In this document: piece after piece, positions 53,857-64,000 of the stretch
Layout of the letters: each line of letters starts with the position of its first letter
Numbering within the stretch: position 1 is the stretch's first letter
NCBI GenBank assembly: GCA_021613535.1
Contig: CP075493.1
Location: 15,500,001 to 15,564,000 of the forward strand
Length of the DNA: 64,000 bases
Direction of reading: 5' to 3'
Source: Adineta vaga
Lineage: Eukaryota > Animalia > Rotifera
Position numbers and translations under genes: made by a program
The notes under the pieces: model-generated
Told to the model about the DNA's origin: nothing
The model's database searches: none
Seen by the model: only the letters and a program-made list of their open reading frames with translations

Positions 53857-54739
53857 AACAATATGAAACTGGAAAAAATAACGTCAGCAATATGAATAAT
53901 ATTTTATTTTGTTTTTTGAAAATATGATTCGACTTATTCAAAACAGATTCTATCAAGTATGAAACATTATGCTACTTACGTATGCGTGGTGTCAATGACA
54001 ATACTGAAAAAAATGATACTCTTGTACTGATACTGACGCGACCAATGTACATTGAGAGTTCTATGTTAGTGTTTTACTGACATCTTGTCATTAATTGTTA
54101 CATTATGTATCAAGATGTGATTAGAATGAATAAAAAACGTTCACATGTTAAATACATATGATTTTCAAGATAAATCAAAGTTATATATATATATGATTTG
54201 AGTAAGAGATCAGCAGCTAAAGAAAGAACATCGAGAGAACGGCGCACCGACATTTTGACCTCGAACACCTGAGTCCTACGCCCTCACGCTACGTCAATTA
54301 TCAGAAAAAATAAGAAATAATGTTAAATTATATTTTATTGAAAACAAATTAAAATAAAAAGTTTACGCATGTAAGATTTTGTCGAACTTCTTGAGTGTAG
54401 AATAAAATGGACGATCAGTTCGCAATATAATTGTTGTCGTTCTAGATCTTTTCATACTTTCAAGACAGCTGCGACGGCATCCGCTTTGATACCTAAAATA
54501 TTCAAAATTATCCTTTTATCAAACAGTACTCTACCTTACTCACAAATAAACCAAATTCATCATCTTATTTATTAACAATACCAGTAAAATCTACTTTATT
54601 TTTATCAAAAGCATTTTTCATTACAAGTTATTCGAAAACATTTTTCAGTTCACATGTAAATTCCGTTTTAAATTTTGGTGTGTATAATAATAATTCTCAT
54701 GTTCCTCTAATAAAAGAAAAGAAAAGAAAATTTGTACAT

Positions 54740-55185
54740 ACTTTGAAATGAATACAATTAACGATAATTAATCGTGTATTTGTTCGAGTATCCGTTGGTG
54801 ATAGTAAATTACTTATTATTAATCGATTTGTTTAGTCTTCAATCCAAATATTGATAAAAAAGATTGTCGAATAATTTGGAAATATTCTTCTTTACGTTGG
54901 TATGGTTTTTTGAGTAGAAAGACGATTAGCTGATTTTGATTGAGTATATTGAGAATTTGTTTAGATGATTTGATTCAATTCTTTTGTTGTTGAGAATTCA
55001 AGTGAAGATAACATTTGATTTAATGTTTCTTGTTGAGCATCGACAGTATACATTTATATAACTATAGTGCAATACTTGCTGAGGAGAAAAATATATTCTC
55101 ATCAAGTTGAGTTTGATTAACAGTCGAATAAGGTTTTTGATCAAAAATTTCGAAAGCATTTGTAGTAGATGATGATATACCTATG
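54740..55185 (-). pseudogene. Degenerate Ser/Thr/Gln-rich coding remnant
   Basis: Minus-strand SSSTTNAFEIFDQKPYSTVNQTQLDENIFF...VDAQQETLNQML with several stops, bounded by splice-like sites. Confidence 0.3.
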
Positions 55186-55672
55186 ACGTTGAATTGTTTG
55201 TGAAAAAAATTTGATAATAAAAAGAGCTTTTATATCCTTCAATTATCTTATCAATATCCTTTAAAGTCAGAGACAAAAAATAAAGTTTGAATCCTACAAT
55301 AATTTATCCATTTTTCTATTAAAAATCATAGAAAATACATATTTGTCGTCATTGTTTTTTGATTGCTTCGCTTTATCCTCTTATCTACATTTATCCTTTA
55401 TCTTCAACGTCACGTCATTAGGAGATTATTTTTCTATCGACTTTTATTAAATAATATAATCATTTTACATCAATCGTTGTATTTGTGCTTCGTTTTATCT
55501 TTCAATAGCGATTGACCTTTGTATACGCAGTGAAGAAAAAATGATGATAAAGAAAAGAGATTAGTTTTTGTTTTTTCTTCTATTTAAAACTTTTAATACG
55601 CGAGATTTAGTTGTATTTAATTTCAACAAATTCTTAAATCGTTATAGATCATTTTTTGTTTAAGAGAAACAA

Positions 55673-57122
55673 ATGCTAATGGGATTGTTATTGATAATAG
55701 TTGCAATTGTGTTCAACATAGTTAACATCAGTGGTTCGAATTGTCCAGATCGTCAATGGATCGAACAGTCTCTCATGAAGGTTCATGTTCCAGGTGCTGC
55801 AGTCATTGTAGTCAATGCTACTCATACACTTTATGAAGAAGCTTTTGGCTTTCAATCTTTAGTACCACCAGTACCAATGAATATTGACAAGTCAATTTTT
55901 CCTCTTGCTTCTCTCTCGAAAACATCCATTGCTGCCGCTGTTATGCAACTTGTCGAGAAAGAACTTGTCGATCTTGATACAGATGTTAATCAATACTTAT
56001 CCGAACCTGATAAACGAATCTTTCATCCTCAGTATCCATCTCATTCAATTACTCTACGGAAATTACTTTCGCATTCAGCTTCAATCTTTGTCAACCATGC
56101 TGTGCAAAATACTTATTATCAACCTGGTGATACTGCATATGAACAACAATCTTTAGCTGATATGGTTTACCAGTATGTGAATCCAAACACATCAAACTGG
56201 TTACCAAGGCCACCAGGCAGTGTCACATCATATTCAAATGAAGGTTCTGCTCTAGCTGCATTGATTGTCGAGCGAATCGCAAAAATACCCTATAGTGAAT
56301 ACGTCAAAGAACAAATTTTGAAACCATTGGGTGTGGATATTAGTAAAACTGGTGTGCGTCTGTCCGACTTTGCAACTACAGAAAATCTTGTCAAACATTA
56401 TGCCTACGCATTCAATACAACTTATCTCGAAGGATAGAAGTACTTTATACCACAACTGAATATCACACAGATTCCGGTAAAAATATCAATTTGATTAGTT
56501 GTGTTAATTTTGAAAATTGTCTTTGCAGGGCAGCCTTCCTACGTGGCTACATATTCCAAACTTCGGCTTCAATTTCTATCCTTCAGGCCTCTTACGAATG
56601 TCGACTAAAACCCTGTCTGTATACCTTCGCATGTTTATCAACAATGGCTCTTCTATTCTTCTTCCTTGATCTATTGCTGAAATGCGAACAGTAGTTGGCG
56701 GTGGATTCATACCACCTTACAATCAAGATTCGACGAGTGATCCTACGGAAGGAGGACCAACAACACAGTATGGTCTTAGTTGGTATTGGAATACCATGAG
56801 TGATGGTCGTCGATACATTGGTCATATTGGTTCACTTCCAGGCATGGCACATTTGATGTTAGTCAATGAAAAGCACAGTATTGGTGTGATTCTTCTCACA
56901 AATGCAGACATCCTTGGACCGACCCATCTGTCAAGAGAAATTTCTGAGACAGGGATAAATATTCACATGTCACTTTTTCAATGTTTCGATACTGATACTG
57001 TTACTCCTACCGTTACTTCTACTGTTAGCCCTACCGTTCCTGCGTCTGCGTTTCGTGTAACAAGAACTCTGTTCGATCTTTCTGTTACGGTTTTAATTTT
57101 CTTATGGTTTCTTCTATTTTAA
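55673..57122 (+). pseudogene. Beta-lactamase-family serine hydrolase (secreted, GPI-like tail) with two in-frame stops
   Basis: SxxK (ASLSKT), LLSHSA, YSN and GHIGSLPG motifs; one intron 56477-56528; TAG at 56435-56437 and TGA at 56667-56669. Confidence 0.85.
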
Positions 57123-57343
57123 ATATTTATTTTTTCGATGTTTTAACCCTTTGCAAATGAAATTAGTTTTCACTAGAAAATTAATTCTCCAAACCATTTT
57201 TCATTTATGATACTCTCAAAATGTGAAAATCAGTTTGTCTAGTGTTTCTGATGCTTCTGGATTGTAGGATCACAACAAATGAGAAAACAAGAATAGTCAC
57301 TAATGAGTCTATAAATGAATAAAATGTTGTTGTATTATTATTA

Positions 57344-57392
57344 AGGGTGTGTGTGAATATGAGTGTGGGTATACGAGAAGACACCCACACCC
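57344..57392. repeat. Short GGGTGT/CCACACCC palindromic element, copy 3
   Basis: AGGGTGTGTGTG...CACCCACACCC. Confidence 0.6.
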
Positions 57393-57699
57393 ATCACGAG
57401 GATCCATCGATTTTGACTGAAAAGAAAAGTGCAAAGTAAATTTATTCTTTATAACATTTGATTCTGACAAAGAATTATCATCAATCGATATTTGAATGTA
57501 TTGATGATCTTTATCGCATACACTTTTCGACATCGGAAGAAAAGAAAACTAACAGCATAGTATCAATTACTATACAATCTTTCATTTTATTGCTAATATT
57601 TCATGAAGTGATTGCACCACACTGGTATAATTATAGCATATAGCAGACGTGTCTTAGATGTTGTGAGGAAAGAGAAAGCTATGATGCTTTGATTACATC

Positions 57700-57772
57700 G
57701 CTTTGTAAATCAATGGGAGATTGTTTTGCTGAAGACAAAAATGTTGCGGGTTCGATCCCCGCCGGAGCACCA
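57700..57772 (+). tRNA. tRNA-Phe(GAA)-like cloverleaf, atypical (6-bp acceptor stem, encoded CCA)
   Basis: GCTTTG TA AATC-AATGGGA-GATT G TTTTG-CTGAAGA-CAAAA ATGTT GCGGG-TTCGATC-CCCGC CGGAGC A CCA. Confidence 0.75.
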
Positions 57773-57893
57773 CACAAATCGAACGTGCAATCTTTCTCTT
57801 TATGTTTTTATTTGAGTTGCGTAATTTTCTTACTTGTTTGTCTTTCTATTGATTCAATATATAAGAAATTTGAAAACGATTGTTTATCGTCTA

Positions 57894-57986
57894 GTGCACA
57901 TAATAAAATTGGAACGATAGAGAGAAGATTAGCATGGCCCCTACGCAAGGATGACATCTAATATCGTGAAGCGTTCCAAATTTTTT
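57894..57986 (+). ncRNA. U6: U6 snRNA variant or pseudogene
   Basis: TAAAATTGGAACGATAgAGAGAAGATTAGCATGGCCCCTaCGCAAGGATGACA...TCGTGAAGCGTTCCA followed by a T-run; TATATAA at 57858-57864. Confidence 0.9.
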
Positions 57987-58625
57987 CTTTCATTTTTCTC
58001 CGTGAAAAACAAAACAGAGAGCTTGTTTATGTTCACTTTATTATGAATACGTATTGAAACGAAATCATTTGAATTTTGTCTTATCGTTCAGTATGTGATA
58101 AGTTGTTCGATTCCTTCAAAAATGAATCAACAAATATTTTCAATCATCTAGTTATACAATATTCCTCGGTAAATGTGTTTTCATTCTCATCATCAGCACT
58201 TTTATATAAACAGAACTCGTAATATATGCAAAAAAATATCTGTTGACGTTTTATTTTATGAGAAAAATCGAATTAGTATATTCTTCGGCAGAGAACGTTT
58301 CCATTGATGTCGAAATGAATGAGAGAGAAAAAGATTATCATTCTGGAAACGTTAAAACAGAATATACTGAATACTGAAAGTTTTCACAAGAATCAATCTG
58401 ATTATACAAATTTCTAATGAATTTTGAATATCTCATTTGCGCCGTAAAAAAAGATATTCTAGTATCCTCAGTCTAATCTGTTTTCTATTTATAACAATGA
58501 TAACTTAATGATTCTAGAACATTTCTACAAACTAATCGATAGATTTTCTAGCAATACCGATCTATCGTACACATAAATCAAATACATTAAATACACCTCT
58601 TTATTTAGTAAGAAAAAGAATAAAG

Positions 58626-61600
58626 TTATGATTGAAACTCAGCTTGTGTATCCGATAGTGTTTTTCTATACTCCAACATGTATGGATGTTTTTCAGATAG
58701 TCTTTTTTCAGCTATTTGTACTGCTTGATGTGCATGTTCATATGCTATTTTGTACTGTTTCATCTCCTTATAAATTTTCGCTAGATTATGTTGAGTTTCT
58801 GCTAGAACAGGATGTGTCGATGGTAGAGATTCTTCACGGATTTTTTGCGCTTTTCCATGAAATTCTAAAGCTGTTGAATAGTCTTTCATAACTCGATATA
58901 GTTCACCCATGTAATTATACGTCCAAGCCAAGAAGACTGGGTCATACGTAACATTCTCCAGAATTTCTCTCGCTTTTTCCAGAAATGGTAGCGCAGACTT
59001 CGTATCTCCTGTCAATCTATAAACATCACCGATATTACTGTATGTTATTCCAAGTTGAGGATGTCGTTCCGAGAGTACATTACGGATAATTTCGAGCGCT
59101 TTCTTGAAATACTGCAACGCTTTTGTGTAATCCTTCATACAACGATAAACTTTACCTAAGCTCCTGTAACTATTGGCCCATGAAGGATGAGTTGATGAGA
59201 GAGATTTTTGTTTGATTTTGTCTGCTTTTTTATAATATTCAAGTGCTTTTGAATATTCTCCTGTATCTAGATACACTGCACCGATGTTGTTATAATCTAC
59301 AGCCAACGAAGAATGCGTTGGTGGAAGAGATTTTTCGCTGATATTGCGTGCTTTCTGATAGTATTCAAGTGCTTGTGAATATTCTCCTACATCGAAATAC
59401 ACTCCGCCTATGTTGGTGTAACTGGCACCCAAATCAGGATGAGTTGGGGGAAGAGATTGTTCCTTGATTTTGTGCGCTTTCTCGTAGTATTCGAGCGCTT
59501 TTGAATATTCTCCTTTATATGAATATATTGTACCAATGCTATCGTAACTTGTAGCTAACCAAGAATGATTTGGAGAAAGAGATTCTTCCGCGATTTTGTG
59601 ACTTTTCTCATAGTATTCAAGTGCTTTTGAATATTCTGCCATGTTGGTATACACATCACCAAGGTTGCTGTAACTTGTAACCAACCAAAAGTGATTTGGA
59701 GGAAGAGACTTTTCATAGATTTTGTTTCCTCTCTCATAACATTCAAGTGCTTTGGGATAGTTTCCCATACTTAAATGCACTTGACCGATATAGTTGTAAC
59801 TGGTACCCAATTCAGGATGATTAGGAGAAAGAGATCCTTCTATAATATCGAGACCTTTCTGATAATATTGAAGTGCTTTTGACTCGTCTCCCATATGTAA
59901 GTATATTCGACCGATGTTGTTGTAATTTATAGTCAACCAAGAATGATTTCGTGAGAGAGATTTTTCATAGATTTTTTGCCCTTTCTCATAGTATTCAAGT
60001 GCTTTCGAGTATTTTCCCATCTCTGAATATACTCGACCGATGTCTATATAATTTGTACCCACCGATGTATCATTTGATCCATGTAATCGTCTACAGATTC
60101 TGAGTGATTCTTTATAATAATCAAGTGCTTTTAAGTTCTCTCCCATATCCGAATACACACGTCCGAGCTCATGATTGAGTACAAAGATTTGAGCGAAGTC
60201 ATTTCGAGGTGCTTTGTTTAGAAGAAAATGATAAAGAGTTTTAGTTTGTTCCAGATCACCAGATAGAAGTAACAATTTACTTAATCGATGCCATCCAGTG
60301 GATCCAGAAATTTCTTCTCTAATGTTTGCAGTAAGATCTTGAAGTTTATGATCGTCATTTTGTGTGAGCATAAGTTCTACTTCAAATATTTGCGTGTGTT
60401 GCTGAATTATTTGAACTTGACCGATGCGAAAAATTGAGTTCATTGAAAAAAGAATCTCTTTTTCCGTCTCTTTATAGTAACCTTCTTCACCGATAACAGC
60501 AAATGGTGTACAAGGGCATGCTGGATCGATGGTCATTTTGAAAAGAACTCCTACGTGATCGGATTTTTCCAAAGCTTTGCTAGCAAATTCATATGAAATT
60601 TCACGATTTGCACTGGTAGATAAAAAACTATTGAATGACAACAGACCACCGACTGATGCTTGTAATTGATCGAAATCTGTACGTGATAAACCTTGACCAC
60701 GATAAAGCGTTTTTGGAAACAAATGTTTTTGTTTGGAATAAAGTTGCTCTATGTGATGATGGAGACTTTGAATGAAAAGACCTATTGAGATCATTATAGT
60801 TGTATCGAATGTGCGCAACGCTCGATTCAATACATGATATGTAAAGCATTCTCGAGTATACCACCAAATAGATGTATCAGCAGTATAGTTCTGCTCAAAT
60901 TCATCAATGATTTTTAATTCTATTTCATTATCTGGATAAAGGTTACGACATGCGTCAGCAAGTTTATGAATTTCGTCTTTATCATATTTCATTTCTAAAA
61001 TAGCTTCTTTAAATAGCGTTGTATACATAAATGTTGGTTCTAATTCATTAGGATTTCGAGCATTTGTCACAGTGATTGGCATCAAATCACGATCGCTCAA
61101 ACGAACGTATTGTTGCAAAGCTTCACAAAGAGATGGAATATCTGTGAAAACTCCTTTGACCTTTTTCCAATCTTTAGTCCATTGTTCATGTTTTGTTTTA
61201 TTGTCACAAAATATATAGATGGAATCTATTTGTGGCATATGATGAATACGAGGCACACAGTCCAAGCCAAGAGTTCCTGAAGTAATCATGAAAATATTTT
61301 CATCTTTAGCGTCAGTAACGAAATTTACACAATCGTTCGGATCTGTGTATGTTTTGATTGTGTTTACGATTTGTTGTAGTTTGGTAAGAAAGCGTTTACA
61401 ATCTTCATTTGTTTCAGCAAAAGATGAGTCAAGCCAGATTAAAAAGAAATTCTGCGCAATTTCCATTCGTACTGGTGCTGATGGTCGATGCTCTTGTAAT
61501 GAAGCGCTCGTTACTAAAAATCGATAGGATGTATAGACAGTAATATTACAAAAAATTAATAGATGTATATGTCAGTAGCCCAGCAGTAAAGTAGTCACTT

Positions 61601-62128
61601 TCATTCACTCTTGGTCAATAATATGTCGAACGAAGTTCAAATATTTTTACTACTGTATATTAATTGTATAGATATAGATATAATAGTATCTACGTGTAAA
61701 ATGAGATAGTTTCACGAAAGTCTATATTAATTTACATTATTTTCAAAAAAGAAATATAGTCTAAAAGGTTTGAATCTTGTTAAATAGCAAATCAAGCTCG
61801 AATTCTAAGGTCATGAGATTTGCTTGTCAGTTACATTGGTCCCTATGGCGTCTAATTAGTATTGTGACTCATTTTTCTTCTTACCTTCATCTGAAATAGA
61901 TGAAACATCTCTAGTTACTAGCCGATGGTTTTTACTATGTAGAGAAGTATGATGTAATGATTGGTTAGTTGTTGTACTGTGATCATTTGAATCTGCCGTT
62001 GATTTGTTTGATATTGATGCTGTCGATGACGGTTCAATCAGCCGACTATCTTTTAAATGGTTTGACACTTTCTTCGTCTTCGTCTCATTTATATGAGTTG
62101 TTCTTCCACTATTATTCATTTTGTCCAT
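58626..62128 (-). CDS. ADP-ribosyltransferase (R-S-E type) + TPR-repeat protein, 2 exons
   Basis: Upstream Ser/Thr-rich exon (62128-~61885) splices in frame to VTSASLQ...MEIAQNFFLIWLD. Motifs LYRGQ, FLSTS and EKEILF, then ~12 TPRs of 42 aa. Confidence 0.92.
59200..60130 (-). repeat. 126-bp-period coding repeats (TPR units)
   Basis: TATTCAAGTGCTTT-like motif recurs at 126-bp spacing (e.g. ~59236, 59362, 59614, 59740, 59992), encoding YSKALEYY units. Confidence 0.8.
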
Positions 62129-62673
62129 ACGACGCCGGGTGAATGCTATGCTGTGAAACGACAAGTTGAATTTTCTTATGAATAGAAATAAAACTGTCCT
62201 TATTTATATTATTCTTTCTTCGATTTTCGTTACTGTTTGCTTCTATGTTTGTATTATTCTTTCCAACTTTGTCAGAACTTCACGTTACTTTTCTCCGAAA
62301 TGTTGTCGCGAATGAAGAAGTGGCAGACAAGAAATTTATTCAAGATTAGAGAACGAAAAAAGGTAAAGATTCGAAAAGGACTGGGAATGAGAGAAGAAGT
62401 TTGGACGAATGAAGAATTAAAGCTTTTATTCGTATCCTCGACATAGTTGTTGATTTTCGATGTTTTCTGTCGTTTTGAAGAAAATGTTTTTTTTTGACCT
62501 TTCTCCCACACCCACCCTCAAGATGCTGATATTTGAAAAAGAGAAGCGTTTTCTCTTGGATTAACATAAAATACGTTATTAATGTATCAAAAGATTCTGA
62601 TTGAAAACAAACATCTAGATATAGAAAGCGAATGTATAAAACATTTTGTTTGTAAGAAAATAAAGTTTAAAGA

Positions 62674-63075
62674 ATGCATAATTTTACAATATTTTTGTGT
62701 ACAATTACTTGTATTGGATATGTTTCAATGATTGTCAAAGCAACTGATACAACATCTATACGTCCCAAAGGTCGAAAAGAAGGTTATGATGCATTAGTTT
62801 CTAGTTGCGGTCCAAATAGAGGATGATGTGATGAACATGATGCTTGTTGGAGAAAATATAATTGTAATTATGCTAGTTGGGCTCTAGTTGGTTAGTATAG
62901 AAAAAAAAAGATATAATTATTATCATTTTATAGTATTACTTAAATTCTAGGTGAATTTGGATGTTTGTTTAGTAAATGTTGTCAAGGTAATGTAAAAGTT
63001 ATGAGTTGTATAGCAACTCAAAATCCTGGACCATCTACTTGTTGCTCAAAAGGTACTTGTGGACAGCCGAACTAA
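62674..63075 (+). pseudogene. Small secreted Cys-rich phospholipase A2-like gene with one in-frame TGA, 2 exons
   Basis: MHNFTIFLCTITCIGYVSM...SCGPNRG*CDEHDACW...|GEFGCLFSKCC...CCSKGTCGQPN*; intron 62891-62950; TGA at 62824-62826. Confidence 0.65.
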
Positions 63076-63132
63076 AAGCATAGCGTATTTAAGAATTAAC
63101 CTTAGTTACTATAATTAAGCGATTCTTTTATT

Positions 63133-63187
63133 GAGGGTGTGGGTGTGCTCTTAATCCTCACGCTCACCCAGACCTAGATCCACACCC
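63133..63187. repeat. Short GGGTGT/CCACACCC palindromic element, copy 4
   Basis: GAGGGTGTGGGTGTG...CCACACCC, at the start of a GC-richer block running to the window end. Confidence 0.6.
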
Positions 63188-64000
63188 GACGTGCTTCCAT
63201 GTTCGATTGTGTATATACCATTTGAGTTAGGAATGTATTGATTATCGTGTCGTTGCCAAATATGAATTTTTCCTCCACCATTTCTGTTTGGGCTACTGAT
63301 TTGAGTGTTTACGATCAGCTTTGATTGACAATAACTTCATGTCAAGGATCATAAATATCAGTAGTATGCTGTACATTGGATGCCGCTTTTTCATGATCAT
63401 TAGATACTTGATGATGACTCTTCTCGTTTTGCAAAATTTTCGCTACTGAGCAGTTATATAAATGATAACGTGTATTTGTTATTTATCGATATGAAGGCAT
63501 CAAACACAAAATAGGCGTTGTTATTATACTGTCTCGTTACGAGGTATATGCATGTGCACATCTGAGGATGTATCTATTGAGTTTATATTCCACCACGTCC
63601 GTAGGACATGGAGGAGTGGATGGTCCAAAAACGGGATGTGAAACGCACCCATCTGTCGTCCCTAATCCATTCAGATGAATGAAGAAGTATCCTAGTGCCT
63701 TGAAACAGTCATTAAACGTGCTTTTTCAGCGTCGTATTACGAGAGTAATTTGTAGGAAATCAGTGACAGTGGTGAAAACATGACGAAATATCGGTTCAAG
63801 ACAGCGCATGTCGTGTCATAACACTTGTTTAGCAGCGTGTTGTATGGTGGCTGCGATAACTTTTCTCCATCATTGATAGGAGATGACTTTGCATCAAGTA
63901 AAACTTATCAGTGCGAGCAAGAAACTCTTATCAACACGTGCAACTCTTCATATTACTTTTTCACAATCTTGACGAAGACAGGTTTGGCTGTGGGGAGCTC

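Noticed and set aside
58281-58297. TTCTTCGGCAGAGAAC resembling the missing U6 5' hairpin
   Set aside because: Too short and imperfect; likely chance.

Overview
AT-rich eukaryotic DNA with very short (~50-65 nt) GT-AG introns. The gene families present (ADP-ribosyltransferase-TPR proteins, F-box/RI-type LRR, NHL- and LDLa/EGF-fused GPCRs, many intronless bacterial- or fungal-like enzymes) point to a bdelloid rotifer genome; this is an inference from family content, not a search result. About 17 genes look intact: ALDH, prolyl aminopeptidase, nucleoredoxin-like, purple acid phosphatase, GPCRs, carboxylesterase, two ART-TPR genes, a blasticidin-S-deaminase-like gene, F-box-LRR, an acyl-CoA synthetase, a class-III aminotransferase and an antistasin/WAP inhibitor, among others. 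About a dozen further genes are disrupted or decayed. Non-coding elements include a 180-bp solo LTR with a 5-bp TSD, a candidate hAT-type MITE, a tRNA-Phe-like cloverleaf followed by a variant U6 snRNA, and a family of ~50-60 bp palindromes built from telomere-like GGGTGT units that bracket the ART-TPR genes. The strongest leads are the ART-TPR cassettes with telomere-like borders, the tRNA-like/U6-variant pair, the one-LRR-per-exon F-box gene, the two ectodomain-swapped GPCRs and the candidate horizontally acquired enzymes.
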